DNA from: Nanobdellati archaeon
GTDB taxonomy: Archaea > Nanobdellota > Nanobdellia > UBA10117
Length of the DNA: 58,259 nucleotides
NCBI GenBank assembly: GCA_016204275.1
Contig: JACQKZ010000012.1
Coordinates: forward strand, 1-58,259
Direction: 5' to 3'
Of the stretch, positions 1 through 9,993 are shown in pieces; positions within the stretch are counted from its first letter, which is position 1, and each line of letters starts with the position of its first letter. The notes beneath the pieces were generated by a model. That model was not told the DNA's origin. It did not search any database and worked only from the letters and a program-made list of their open reading frames with translations. A program made the translations under genes and the position numbers.

Positions 1-110
1 ATTCTATTTAATATTGTATTTTTAGCATTTGGTCCAATAGCCGTAACAGCTTCATTTTTTAAAAATATATACATAGCATATAAAATTATATAATTCCACA
101 AAAGACATCC

Positions 111-1514
111 CTATTCCAGGCGTAAATCGGTTTTTACCATGCCGGCCAGCAATTCTTCATCAGTCTGTGCATAGTAAAAGCAGTCCATCAGGCTTCTCGA
201 GTCGACCCGGACAGCAGAGCCAAACACCTGTTTTATGCGCTGGCGTATTTTTTCTATTTCGTTTCCAGTGTAACAGATGCCAGCTTTCGTGTCCGCTCCG
301 CCATCAAAATGCTCAATGTGCCCAAATCTGCCTATATTTTTAAGGCCGAGCGCTTCCCTGCTGATTCCGCCGCAGGCCTGTGCAACAACCTCAAGCTCGC
401 GGATTGTTGCGATTGGTGATGTTGTGTTATGCCGTTTCAGGTTATAATTATTATGATCTGTAAATGCCACGCCGTTTTCTACTCTTTTTTCTTCGGAGAG
501 TGGGTAGAATACGTCCTGTTCCAGATGCCGTTTTGCATAATATTCATATAATACACTTAATGACAGGAAGGTAACTGGTATATCGGTCATGTTCAAAGCC
601 GCAGAAAGCCGATTAGACGCTTGTTTCATACTATTTTGCAGTTTTAGATTCAGCGATGTCGCAAATATATCCGCAGGCCAGCAGAATTCACAACTATACA
701 TATTGGAACATAGTCCGGTTTTTTCCAAATGTGTTATTGTCCGCTCAAGTTTTGTTTGCTCTTCATCAGTTAGCTCTGTTATTTGCACGGGCTCTTCCCG
801 CCAATTTTTATTTTTAACGGACATTATGAATTCTTTTGGCCAGATGCGTGGCATGAGCCGCGTAGGTATTGTAGCTTCATAACTCTGTGGCAGGCCTCGG
901 TAATCCAAATTAACAGTTTTAGTCGGACATGGCAAGCCAGTTGTGCCAAATACATTATAATATATCTGCAAGTCATCTGGCGTAACAGCGCACCGGTCCA
1001 TTAATTGGAGGAAGCGCGTTTTATTGGCTGGTTTTTCAAATCGCATGCTAAGGCCGGCTGGCCCTTCATCCGCAACAAAAATCAGGCGAGTATTCATTAT
1101 GTCCGCCAGTGTTTTGAATTCCACCAGCCGCTCAAGAACACTATCTTCTGTCAGTTTGCCGCCAGTTAATCTTGACACATACATCGCCTTGAGAAGATAA
1201 TGTACGTCGTCAGCAACAATCGCGACAGGTTCGGAGTGTTTTGCAATTAATTCATATTCTACTTTTCCCTTTTGCAGTATATCTTTGTTAAGTTCGTTTA
1301 TCTGTAGCGGCATGCCCTCCATGGAGAGCAGCCTGAGCATGTGCGTCTTGCCTGTCCCGCGCGAGCCAACCAGCAGCCTGACACTGCCGGATTTTTCAAT
1401 GGAGCCTGCAAATAGTGGTGCGAGAATCGCCATGGCTGGCACACCCTCAAAACAACTGCCAATATCTTTTTTGGGCTTGAATTCCGCCCTGCCAGGAACT
1501 TGTTTGCGCATCAT
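111..1514 (-). CDS. P-loop (AAA-like) ATPase with uncharacterised C-terminal region
   Basis: 467-aa ORF; Walker A GSRGTGKT, Walker B-like IVADD. Confidence 0.7.
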   Translation of the reverse strand: MMRKQVPGRAEFKPKKDIGSCFEGVPAMAILAPLFAGSIEKSGSVRLLVGSRGTGKTHMLRLLSMEGMPLQINELNKDILQKGKVEYELIAKHSEPVAIVADDVHYLLKAMYVSRLTGGKLTEDSVLERLVEFKTLADIMNTRLIFVADEGPAGLSMRFEKPANKTRFLQLMDRCAVTPDDLQIYYNVFGTTGLPCPTKTVNLDYRGLPQSYEATIPTRLMPRIWPKEFIMSVKNKNWREEPVQITELTDEEQTKLERTITHLEKTGLCSNMYSCEFCWPADIFATSLNLKLQNSMKQASNRLSAALNMTDIPVTFLSLSVLYEYYAKRHLEQDVFYPLSEEKRVENGVAFTDHNNYNLKRHNTTSPIATIRELEVVAQACGGISREALGLKNIGRFGHIEHFDGGADTKAGICYTGNEIEKIRQRIKQVFGSAVRVDSRSLMDCFYYAQTDEELLAGMVKTDLRLE

Positions 1515-1624
1515 GTTTAAAGTGCGGAGACAGCCCTTTTAAAGTTTTCTATAGGGATATAATTTGGACTGTTTTATAACGTAGGAATAGAAAGTATTAT
1601 ATCTTTTAACTGCTTAATATAAAG

Positions 1625-2350
1625 ATGGCTCCGGGCAAGTGGAAAGAAGTATTAGCCGATTTAGAGCCGTCAAATCCGGAGAAAGCCCTTAGACTGGAAA
1701 AGGAAGAAGGTATAGAAGAAACGCTTGCCAAGATGTTTAAAATATATGCTGGCAATGAATATGGTGGCCGCGTCACGGACGAAAAGCACCTCGAATACCG
1801 TATTAGCGATATCAAAAGCTCGGGACGTAATATAACTAAACAAGTTGTGGAAGAATTTTTTCTGCAGGTCGTTAGGTATGAAGATATATTTGTCGCAGGG
1901 CATGGGCATTATTATTCGCAGCGCACGGGCTTGTTTGCTTCTGCGCTTATTCAAGCCTCGTTTGAACAGGGCCACAATAATTTTGAACTGTTGTTGTTTG
2001 GAAACAGGCCGATATCTGACCTTGGCTATAAACTCAGGGGCGAGCCGGCCCGCAGGCTTTCAATTAGCATAACTACAGCTAATCAACCAAACAGCAGGGA
2101 ACCGAGGCCAAGTCTTTGGCTGGTTAATATGCAGTATGTTGACGCAACAATACTTGGGCTGAAGTGTGTGCCGTCGTTTTTAGTTGGCAATTCAAAAGAC
2201 TGTACATTTGCTTCGGACAGCCAGGATATACTTGACGCGATTTCTGAGATGGGCCAGCACCCATGCAAACTGGTTGATAACGATAAGCATACGACAGTTT
2301 ACCAAGGCCGGCCAGCAGATGCTGGCCTGCAGGTCATGGTGGAAGCATGA
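1625..2350 (+). CDS. Hypothetical protein, paralog 1 of 6 in tandem array (QGHNNF family)
   Basis: N-terminal LADLE, core GLFASALIQASFEQGHNNFEL, LRGEP shared with downstream ORFs. Confidence 0.8.
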   Translation: MAPGKWKEVLADLEPSNPEKALRLEKEEGIEETLAKMFKIYAGNEYGGRVTDEKHLEYRISDIKSSGRNITKQVVEEFFLQVVRYEDIFVAGHGHYYSQRTGLFASALIQASFEQGHNNFELLLFGNRPISDLGYKLRGEPARRLSISITTANQPNSREPRPSLWLVNMQYVDATILGLKCVPSFLVGNSKDCTFASDSQDILDAISEMGQHPCKLVDNDKHTTVYQGRPADAGLQVMVEA

Positions 2351-3075
2351 ATAAAAATCTGAAAGATGTATTGGGAGGCCTTGAGCAGTCCCCGCCGGAG
2401 AAATCCGCAAGGATAGTAAGGGATGGACTGCTTGAAGAAACGCTTGCCGCGCTTTTTGAGATTTATGAAAAGAAACTGGCAATGAACTCAGGGTCGGGAA
2501 ATAGGTTTAACGTTGCGCCAAAGTTTTACAATTCGTGCCTGAAGTCAATGCCAAAAAGCAAGTACGATATAACAAAAAACGTTATAGCTGAATTTGCCCT
2601 TCGCGCCGCAAAATATGATGACAACTCTCATTTTGGCGCATACACTGGTTATTTTATCACTGCGCTAATGCAAACTTCGTTCCAGCAGGGCCACAATAAT
2701 TTTGAACTGCAGCTTGTAAGCAGCGAGCCGATTCATCACTTAGGCGCCAATTTGCGTGGCTGGCAAGACAGGAGGCTGGCGCTAAAAATTGTCAGTTGCG
2801 TTGAGTACAAGAAGCGTGATCTGATGAACCAGCCGTTGTTTTGGTTTACAAACATAGCATATATTGACGCAACCATACTTGGCATGAATATCGCACCGCA
2901 GGGCATAGGCGTAAATACAGTAAGCTCTTCATTTACGTCTGACAACAAATACATATTGGACGCAGTTGGCTATCACGGAAATCACACACGCCACTTTGTT
3001 CCGCGGACAGAAGTAAAAGTACCCGACGCCATAGCAAATCACACTCCGCAGATGCAGGCGTTGGCGGTGGCATGA
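2347..3075 (+). CDS. Hypothetical protein, paralog 2 of 6
   Basis: LGGLE...GYFITALMQTSFQQGHNNFEL...LRGW; ATGA overlap with previous gene. Confidence 0.8.
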   Translation: MNKNLKDVLGGLEQSPPEKSARIVRDGLLEETLAALFEIYEKKLAMNSGSGNRFNVAPKFYNSCLKSMPKSKYDITKNVIAEFALRAAKYDDNSHFGAYTGYFITALMQTSFQQGHNNFELQLVSSEPIHHLGANLRGWQDRRLALKIVSCVEYKKRDLMNQPLFWFTNIAYIDATILGMNIAPQGIGVNTVSSSFTSDNKYILDAVGYHGNHTRHFVPRTEVKVPDAIANHTPQMQALAVA

Positions 3076-3860
3076 TGAACCAAAAACATCTGAAGGAATT
3101 ATTCGGCGATTTGGAGCCGGCGGCCGTGGAGAGGCAGGCCAAGGTAGTTGTAGATGAAGATTTAGAAAAATCACTAAATAATTTGCTGGATGTGTATAAA
3201 ACTTCAGTGGCGTGCGAGATAAATCCATACCAGTTAGATGAGTTCGCATTTTATTCTATCTGCCTGGCGCAATTAAAAAGAACAAGCTGCGACATAACTG
3301 AAAAAGTAATATCAGAACTTGTCCTGCGGATTATGCGGCACAATAATATGTTTAACTTCGGGATAAACGCCGGCCAGTTCGTCACAGCATGCATACAGGA
3401 GTCATATTGGCAGGGGCATAATAATTTTGAACTCGCAATAACGGAGCCACTGCGCGGCCTTGGCACATACTTGAGAGGCGGGCCAGATAAAAAGCTAATC
3501 CTAACAGTAAATAATTTTGCGGCAGATTCAGATGTTCTTAACCGCGTAACAAATTTACAAGGCTGGTTCACAAATGCAGCGTATCTCGATGCAACAATCT
3601 GGGGCGCAGGCAACGTACCAGTGCGTACAGGATTTTTTTTTGGGTATAGAAAATATACAAATGGCACGCAGCCCGTCATAGGATATGAAGCAAAGGACTC
3701 TGTTTTTCGGGTTGATGACGCTGCCATATTTGAGTATTTGACTGCCGCAAAATATAGTTACGACAACGAAGTTTACCTGCTGGAAAAGCCAGAGCCAGAA
3801 GTTGTTGTGATAGAACATAATCACGAAAAAGCTGAACTCAATCTCGCAATTGAGGCATAA
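3072..3860 (+). CDS. Hypothetical protein, paralog 3 of 6
   Basis: FGDLE...GQFVTACIQESYWQGHNNFEL...LRGGP; ATGA overlap. Confidence 0.8.
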   Translation: MMNQKHLKELFGDLEPAAVERQAKVVVDEDLEKSLNNLLDVYKTSVACEINPYQLDEFAFYSICLAQLKRTSCDITEKVISELVLRIMRHNNMFNFGINAGQFVTACIQESYWQGHNNFELAITEPLRGLGTYLRGGPDKKLILTVNNFAADSDVLNRVTNLQGWFTNAAYLDATIWGAGNVPVRTGFFFGYRKYTNGTQPVIGYEAKDSVFRVDDAAIFEYLTAAKYSYDNEVYLLEKPEPEVVVIEHNHEKAELNLAIEA

Positions 3861-4591
3861 TGCAGCCAAATAATAAATTAAAAGAACTGTTCGGCGATCT
3901 GGAAACGCCAAAAGAAAAAGCTATCAAGATAGAAAAAGACAGAGGACTGGAAGAAACGCTTGCTAAGCTGTCAGATATTTACAAATGCGCGCGTGTTTAT
4001 GATTTAGACTGGCCAGATAAAATTTACAAAACATATTTTGATTTGTTGGAAAAAAGAAATATAAAAATAACGCCAGAGTCAGTAGATTACTTTTTTTCGC
4101 GCATTAGTTACGAAGGCGGCGCAGCAAATGGAAGAAAAATGGGGCTGCTCTTAACTGCGATGGTACAGCTGTCTTTCCAGCAAGGACACAACAATTTTGA
4201 AATTGTAATCTGTAATAATCACCCATTGCATTTGTTTGGAATGTACCTGCGCGGCCAGCCCGATAAAAAACTTGCCATCCGAATCGATAATGTATATGAT
4301 GTAATGAACTACAAGGACGGCGAGCCGCACGCGTGGTTTAATAACATAGCATATCTGGATGTTACACTATCAAATGTGGATGCAAACGTACGTACCTTTG
4401 GCAGAAACGCAGGCAGCTCGGTTTTTAAGACAGATAATGAAAGCCTATTTTGTGAATTGCGCGACAGATTTGGGACGGCTAGCGAGCGGACGCCCGCAGA
4501 CAAATGTGAAGTTTACCTGCTGGCCGGCCACGGAGATGACTTAGCTGACGTGCCTGAGCCAACATCAGAAATGCAGTTATTAGAGGCATAA
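3860..4591 (+). CDS. Hypothetical protein, paralog 4 of 6
   Basis: FGDLE...GLLLTAMVQLSFQQGHNNFEI...LRGQP; TAATG overlap. Confidence 0.8.
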   Translation: MQPNNKLKELFGDLETPKEKAIKIEKDRGLEETLAKLSDIYKCARVYDLDWPDKIYKTYFDLLEKRNIKITPESVDYFFSRISYEGGAANGRKMGLLLTAMVQLSFQQGHNNFEIVICNNHPLHLFGMYLRGQPDKKLAIRIDNVYDVMNYKDGEPHAWFNNIAYLDVTLSNVDANVRTFGRNAGSSVFKTDNESLFCELRDRFGTASERTPADKCEVYLLAGHGDDLADVPEPTSEMQLLEA

Positions 4592-5412
4592 TGAAACAAG
4601 ACAACCTGAAAAAACTGTTTGGCGACTTAGACGATCCAGTGCAAGAAAAAAGTATCAAGGTGACAAATGGTGGAACGCTTGATGAAACAGTAAAAGAGCT
4701 TTGCAGGATTTACGAGCATGTTGCTGACACGCGCGACGACAACCCGGACTTTACATATAAGCTTTGCAAGAGAAATTTGCCGCGGGATAAATATAAAATA
4801 AGCAACCAAGTAATCACTCAACTTTCTACCCAAATTTTTATGTATGATGCAGACATAGATTTTAAGGAAACCGCTGGCCCGTTCCTGACAGCAGCCATAC
4901 AAACCGCATTCCTTCAGGGCCACAACAATTTTGACATTTTATTTTCCGGCGCAACGCCGATGCATTATTTCGGCAGAGATTTGCATGGCTGGCCAGCTAA
5001 CAAGCTGAGAATGAATGTTATGGACTCTGGTTGCAGCGCGCAATCAGCAGGCTGGTTTTCCTATGCGCAGAACCTTGACGTAAAAATTACTGGCATGCAG
5101 CTAGTTCCAAGCCCGCATGCCCAGGTGCAAATTTTCGGGCAGTTTGGGCAAGTTCGGTATTTTACTAAACCAGACGACTTTGCGGTTAGCACAAAAAGAT
5201 GCAGGTTCGGCGTTGATAATAAAGACGTATTTTATTATTTAACAGAAAGATTTAAACTTCAGGAAAACTTGCGGTCAGTTGGCCAGCCATACGTTCCAAT
5301 GCCTGAAAGCGAAAGGTCGGAAGCATACTTGCTTGACAGGCCAGAGCCGGAAGTTATAGTACTGGATTTAGACAAAGCGATAAAACCGGAATTTGCACGT
5401 CTCGCTGTTTAA
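4591..5412 (+). CDS. Hypothetical protein, paralog 5 of 6
   Basis: FGDLD...GPFLTAAIQTAFLQGHNNFDI...LHGWP; TAATG overlap. Confidence 0.8.
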   Translation: MKQDNLKKLFGDLDDPVQEKSIKVTNGGTLDETVKELCRIYEHVADTRDDNPDFTYKLCKRNLPRDKYKISNQVITQLSTQIFMYDADIDFKETAGPFLTAAIQTAFLQGHNNFDILFSGATPMHYFGRDLHGWPANKLRMNVMDSGCSAQSAGWFSYAQNLDVKITGMQLVPSPHAQVQIFGQFGQVRYFTKPDDFAVSTKRCRFGVDNKDVFYYLTERFKLQENLRSVGQPYVPMPESERSEAYLLDRPEPEVIVLDLDKAIKPEFARLAV

Positions 5413-5430
5413 TTTCAGAATAATTTCAAA

Positions 5431-6132
5431 ATGGGAAACGATAGTATAAGAAAACTGCTTGGTGATTTGGAAGCCTTCCCGGACGAAAAACACCTGAAGG
5501 TCGAGGCAAATGAAAACCTGAATTCAAAAGTAGTTGACTTGTTAGTAAGTTACGAAGATAGTTTGTGCCGCTCGTGGGGTGATATGACACATAGCAATAT
5601 AAATGACTGTTACGACTTTTGTTTAAAATCGCTGTCCAATCAGTGCGCAGGCGTAGATAATGAAGTAATATCTACGTTTTTAGTACATACCAGCACGTAT
5701 TCGGAGCGTAAAAAGTATTCAGAAATTACTGGCCTATTTATAACTGCACTGCTGCAAACTGCGTTCGACAACAACCAGAATAATTTTGATATTATGCTTG
5801 CCAGCCAGCAGCCACTAAGTTTTTTAGGTCATACATTGCACGGCAGATGGAATAGAAGGCTCATACTAAAAGTCCGGGAAAGCAGCGAATGGAAAATGCA
5901 GTATTCGCCGTTGATTTGGTTTGAGTGTGCATCGCATTTAGAAGTCATGCTAGTTGGGGCAAACAATGTGCAGCTGCCCGCATTGAATTTAGATTGTAAA
6001 TATAAAACTGATGAGAAAAACATATTATTGTATGTAAATGATACTATTCGGCCAATTAAGCGGACCACGGTAGATATAATCAAACGCATGACTCAAGTAG
6101 ACATGATTAAAATCGAAAAACATCCAGTATAG
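5431..6132 (+). CDS. Hypothetical protein, paralog 6 of 6 (most diverged)
   Basis: LGDLE...GLFITALLQTAFDNNQNNFDI...LHG. Confidence 0.75.
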   Translation: MGNDSIRKLLGDLEAFPDEKHLKVEANENLNSKVVDLLVSYEDSLCRSWGDMTHSNINDCYDFCLKSLSNQCAGVDNEVISTFLVHTSTYSERKKYSEITGLFITALLQTAFDNNQNNFDIMLASQQPLSFLGHTLHGRWNRRLILKVRESSEWKMQYSPLIWFECASHLEVMLVGANNVQLPALNLDCKYKTDEKNILLYVNDTIRPIKRTTVDIIKRMTQVDMIKIEKHPV

Positions 6133-6173
6133 GAAAGGCTGGAGCGGGCAATTGCGTAGGAAAAAATAAAAAC

Positions 6174-6662
6174 ATGACAAAGCAAGATTTAGCATATGAG
6201 ATTGCGCGCATAAATATTTTTAGCGACCGCCCAGATGTTCACGTTGAGCTGGTCCACATGGTTTTGGATTCGGAGGGCGGGGCAAGGCATGTGATTCCGG
6301 AACTGCAAAAGGCCTTTGCGAATTGGCAGGCCAGCAGACAGATCTGCTCGCCGCAGGCAGTGGGATTGTACATCGTGCAGGCGCACCCTGAAGCATACAA
6401 TCCGTCTGGAAGCATAACAACTCAGGAAGGCCAAACTTTTTTTGTAGGCACCGGCGGCCTGCCGCATTGGATTTATAACGTATATATCAGCAAAGGTGCA
6501 AAACAGCATAAAGAAGTTTGGGAACTGGAAATTCACCGGAGCAAGAGTGCAATCAAAACAGAATTTTATTGCGTTGGAACGCGGCGCGGCTTAGAAAAGT
6601 GGGGCCAGCGGGCAGTCATGTTTCTGGAAGGCAGGGTAACTAGGCTTCTTTATCGTATCTAA
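6174..6662 (+). CDS. Hypothetical protein
   Basis: 162-aa ORF continuing the array strand; no recognised motif. Confidence 0.55.
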   Translation: MTKQDLAYEIARINIFSDRPDVHVELVHMVLDSEGGARHVIPELQKAFANWQASRQICSPQAVGLYIVQAHPEAYNPSGSITTQEGQTFFVGTGGLPHWIYNVYISKGAKQHKEVWELEIHRSKSAIKTEFYCVGTRRGLEKWGQRAVMFLEGRVTRLLYRI

Positions 6663-6744
6663 TGTATAGCATAGAAAGCTACAAATATTTGTTCAAAAAC
6701 TCTATATATAGATTTATATACTATACATATACTTTTATATACGC

Positions 6745-7191
6745 TTAGATTAATCGGTACACAAGGTCCTTCTTTCTGACTTCTTTTGCAACCTTCATGC
6801 CGACTGACTGGCCTTTTTTCGCAGAATCTATCTTGTCGTGCTCTATCTGCATGCTCGCCACGGTCTGCGTGAAGTTTGTCTGCGGGCCTTCAATGCTGAT
6901 TTTGTCGCCGGCTTTTATCGTGTCTTTTACCTCAATCACGCCGACTGAAATTTTGTCAAAGAAGTGGCTTATCTCGCCAACCAGCCTTTTGTTTGCTGTT
7001 TGGACTACCTTCAGGCCTGCCGGTGCAAGTGCCTTGTTGACTGCTGGCAGGGCAACTCTTACTGCCTGCTTGACAGCCCTCTTCACAACTTTTTTGGCAA
7101 CGCGCTTTACCCGTGCCTGAACCTTTTTAACGGCCTTTTTAGCCATAGAACGATTGAACTTTTTGGATTTAGCTTTCTTTTTAACTGCCAT
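6745..7191 (-). CDS. Translation elongation factor-like (EF-Tu domain II-like beta-barrel) protein with Lys/Ala-rich N-terminus
   Basis: VGEISHFFDKISVGVIE...SMQIEH...AKKGQSVGMKV motif; start taken at MAVKKK. Confidence 0.75.
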   Translation of the reverse strand: MAVKKKAKSKKFNRSMAKKAVKKVQARVKRVAKKVVKRAVKQAVRVALPAVNKALAPAGLKVVQTANKRLVGEISHFFDKISVGVIEVKDTIKAGDKISIEGPQTNFTQTVASMQIEHDKIDSAKKGQSVGMKVAKEVRKKDLVYRLI

Positions 7192-7358
7192 CTTACACCC
7201 CAAATACAATTAATTAGAATGAGCTTAAATAAATAGTTTAGTATTCACTTGAAAATGAGAAGTTCGAATAGCTGTATGTTAGTATATATTTTTATATATT
7301 TTTATATAAATATCATATGTAAACCAAACCCACAGGCTTCGCCGCATATGCCTGGCGT

Positions 7359-7928
7359 TTAGATTTTATCAGACTCGCCAGATCCCTCGTCATCTTTCGA
7401 GAACTGTGCACCAGATGGAATTGGTGGCGACATTGTTGCTGGCGGCAAGGGCGGCACTTCCTTCTCGCTGTCTTTCGCCGGCTTGTCAAGCCCAAAGATT
7501 TTTCGTTCCAAGCCGTCCAGATCCTCGGGCAGGAGCAATCCAAGCCTGTGCATGCCAATTTGGCCTTGCCCTTTGCCAAAGCCGTAAGCATTCGGGTAGA
7601 CATGTTTAAAAAGCTGTAAAGATTTTTCGTATTCGCTTTTAAATTCTTTTAAATCATAGGTATTACTAAACCACTCTAAAACCTTTCGCGCCCTTTGCTC
7701 CGCAATCCGCCTGCCAACTTTTCTGTTTGGCCCGCCTCGTTCTTTCGAGCTCCACTCCGCACTGCCGCGGGCGTAGAAAGTTTGGTCTGGAAGTTCCGGG
7801 TGGCCTTTCAGCCTGATTTCCAGCAAGCATGTTGTCTCCGCGTTTTCAACGCCGTAAGACGCACTGTAGTAGAAAAATGGCCTGCTTACTTCTATAGTAG
7901 AATATCTTTTCGTAACAGTTGGTTCCAT
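7359..7928 (-). CDS. Hypothetical protein with Pro/acidic C-terminal tail
   Basis: 189-aa ORF, TATA-like sequence about 25 nt upstream. Confidence 0.55.
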   Translation of the reverse strand: MEPTVTKRYSTIEVSRPFFYYSASYGVENAETTCLLEIRLKGHPELPDQTFYARGSAEWSSKERGGPNRKVGRRIAEQRARKVLEWFSNTYDLKEFKSEYEKSLQLFKHVYPNAYGFGKGQGQIGMHRLGLLLPEDLDGLERKIFGLDKPAKDSEKEVPPLPPATMSPPIPSGAQFSKDDEGSGESDKI

Positions 7929-7990
7929 GTTGCTAAATTAGACACCGAAACATATAAAAACTATTCGGTGTTCGTGCACATAATTGCATT

Positions 7991-8401
7991 TTAAATATCT
8001 TTGATTTTTCCAGCCTTTACTGCAGTAACAAAGGTTTTTTCATACTCTTTTGGCAGGCCGTCAGATAATAATGATAGTATTGCCTCCAGGCCAGATGCAT
8101 CAACTTCTTCTTCACGAATTATTTTTAGAAGCCGGTTCCAGTACCCGCCCGCGATCATACATTCGTGGCGGTAACCATCGCCGATTTCAGCTATGGATGA
8201 ACCTGATGTAGTATACCTGTATCTTACAGCGTAATCTCCAAAAGCATCTCGCTTAAATGTATTATCATTTTTCTTCGGCTTGTGCAGCTTGCCAGTCTTG
8301 AGATTAAATATGAAATCATAATAAGATTTTTTTGTTGGTTTAAATGCCTCAGCAATCTTATCTTTCGGAGAACTTTTTGCGGCTTTGTAAGTTTTTGGCA
8401 T
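7991..8401 (-). CDS. Hypothetical protein
   Basis: 136-aa ORF with TATA-like upstream sequence. Confidence 0.55.
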   Translation of the reverse strand: MPKTYKAAKSSPKDKIAEAFKPTKKSYYDFIFNLKTGKLHKPKKNDNTFKRDAFGDYAVRYRYTTSGSSIAEIGDGYRHECMIAGGYWNRLLKIIREEEVDASGLEAILSLLSDGLPKEYEKTFVTAVKAGKIKDI

Positions 8402-8452
8402 ATATTATGAACTGATTTAAGATTTTTATAGCTTTCTATTTGACAAGATACA

Positions 8453-9379
8453 TTATTTCTTCAGCACATACTTATTCTGCGGCAACGTTAACATCTCGCG
8501 CCAAGCTGTCTCAAACGGCGTGTATGGCACACCGAATATTTCTGGCCAGCTGTCCGGCTGGAAAACATCACCCGCAACCAATGCCTTCAGCTGGTCCTCG
8601 GTGAATGGCGGATTTCCGGTAATTTTCGCGTGCGCGTTCATCAGGAAGGCAAATAAGGAAATTGGCAGCGGTACGATAAGCCGCCGGATATTTTTTATTT
8701 TTGCAATCGTTTTAATCAAATCAGCATAAAATATTTTTTCATTCCCAATTAAGTTATAAATTTTATCTTTTGGCCCGCGCCTTGCCGCAGATGCGATAAC
8801 TTTTGCAACATCTAATACGTAAATCGGCTGCCGAATAATTTTTCCGTCGCCCGGCACTGGAAAGAGTGGCGACTTCTCAAGGAATCGCGAAAGATAGCCA
8901 AGGTGCTTGTTATCAAACGGGCCGTAAATTAGCGATGGCCTGAGAATTGTGTAAGGCATGCCAGACTTCACAACATGCTCTTCAGCCATTCGTTTTGTTT
9001 TTGTATAATCATCATCTGCTTTTGAAATTACGACTGAGGATGAAATATGAATAATGTGCGGCACGTTATATTTTTTTGCTGTGCCAACCGCATTTTTTGT
9101 TGCCAGAAAAGAATTTTTATAAAAAAGTTCTGAATCACGTGCAGAAATCTGCGCTGCCATTGTTATCAAAACATCTGCGCCCGCAATATGCTTCTGCCAT
9201 TCGCCATCTTCTGAGCAGTCCGCCTGTACCGCAGTAATGTTGGGGTTAAGGTTTTTTAATAGTTCCAGATTTTCCTCGTGCTTATCAATGCACACGACTT
9301 CTTCGAATTCCTTTGTCAGCATAGGGATAAGGTTTTGCCCCACGAGGCCTGCTGCACCGGTTACGACGGCTTTATACAT
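8453..9379 (-). CDS. NAD-dependent epimerase/dehydratase (SDR) family protein
   Basis: TGAAGLVG Rossmann motif, YxxTK (YTKTK), LRPSLIYGP. Confidence 0.9.
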   Translation of the reverse strand: MYKAVVTGAAGLVGQNLIPMLTKEFEEVVCIDKHEENLELLKNLNPNITAVQADCSEDGEWQKHIAGADVLITMAAQISARDSELFYKNSFLATKNAVGTAKKYNVPHIIHISSSVVISKADDDYTKTKRMAEEHVVKSGMPYTILRPSLIYGPFDNKHLGYLSRFLEKSPLFPVPGDGKIIRQPIYVLDVAKVIASAARRGPKDKIYNLIGNEKIFYADLIKTIAKIKNIRRLIVPLPISLFAFLMNAHAKITGNPPFTEDQLKALVAGDVFQPDSWPEIFGVPYTPFETAWREMLTLPQNKYVLKK

Positions 9380-9401
9380 ATAATTTCACGGGCAGAAGAA
9401 T

Positions 9402-9590
9402 TTAAGTAGTTTTTGTCTTCTTGACTTTCACTAGCATAGTCCACTTGAGCCTTTTCGGACTTCTATGTAACTTTTCAGAATACTTTTCACACTTGCTCGA
9501 GTGGAACCAGAGCAGCTTGCCAGTGTTTGTGATAAGCAGCTTTCCGGATGTTTTCTCAAAATCTTTGTTACAATAAGAGCACTTTGGCAT
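9402..9590 (-). CDS. rpl24e: 50S ribosomal protein L24e
   Basis: CSYC...SSKCEK...PKRLKWT; conserved L7Ae-S28e-L24e order. Confidence 0.93.
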   Translation of the reverse strand: MPKCSYCNKDFEKTSGKLLITNTGKLLWFHSSKCEKYSEKLHRSPKRLKWTMLVKVKKTKTT

Positions 9591-9591
9591 T

Positions 9592-9873
9592 TTAGCGCTT
9601 CCTTCCTTTTAGCGGAGAAGCTTCAATCTCTGTCTCTCTTAACATCAAAATATCACCAATCCTTATCGGCCCGACAACATTTCGCCGGATTATCTTGCCA
9701 ACGTCCCTGCCCGTAAGAACCTTAACACGCACCTGCTTGCCACCCTCGCGCGTGCCCATCGAGCCGACTATCTCCATCACCTGCGATGGGAAGGCATGCT
9801 CGCCTACCTCAACAAGCTGCTGCTTCACGTTGCCCTGCTGCTGTTGTTTTGGTTTTTGTTGTTTTTGTGCCAC
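9592..9873 (-). CDS. rps28e: 30S ribosomal protein S28e with Gln-rich N-terminal extension
   Basis: QVRVKVL...IIRRNVVGPIRIGDILMLRETEIEA; GTG start with GGTGA SD. Confidence 0.93.
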   Translation of the reverse strand: MAQKQQKPKQQQQGNVKQQLVEVGEHAFPSQVMEIVGSMGTREGGKQVRVKVLTGRDVGKIIRRNVVGPIRIGDILMLRETEIEASPLKGRKR

Positions 9874-9887
9874 TTTAATTAATCACC

Positions 9888-9986
9888 CTAACCGGATTGG
9901 CAGCAGCCGCACTCGTGGCCGCAGGCACAGCCTTCTTCTGTTTCTGCAGCCTTCTTTTTTTTCTCTTTTATTTTTTGGTCTTCCAT
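9888..9986 (-). CDS. Small Cys-rich putative metal-binding peptide (MEDQKIKEKKKKAAETEEGCACGHECGCCQSG)
   Basis: 32-aa ORF nearly filling the rpl7ae-rps28e gap; absent from the supplied ORF track. Confidence 0.6.
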   Translation of the reverse strand: MEDQKIKEKKKKAAETEEGCACGHECGCCQSG

Positions 9987-9993
9987 TTTAGAA

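Noticed and set aside
1..74. Minus-strand open frame MYIFLKNEAVTAIGPNAKNTILNR leaving the window
   Set aside because: Too short to assess
6662..6728. ATGTATAG...CTATACAT half-sites resembling the 49301 palindrome
   Set aside because: AT-rich low-complexity region with different spacing
7942..7971. Inverted repeat ACACCGAA-N14-TTCGGTGT around a TATA box (another inverted repeat near 28395..28420)
   Set aside because: Could be symmetric BRE-like flanks or a simple hairpin; insufficient evidence for an operator
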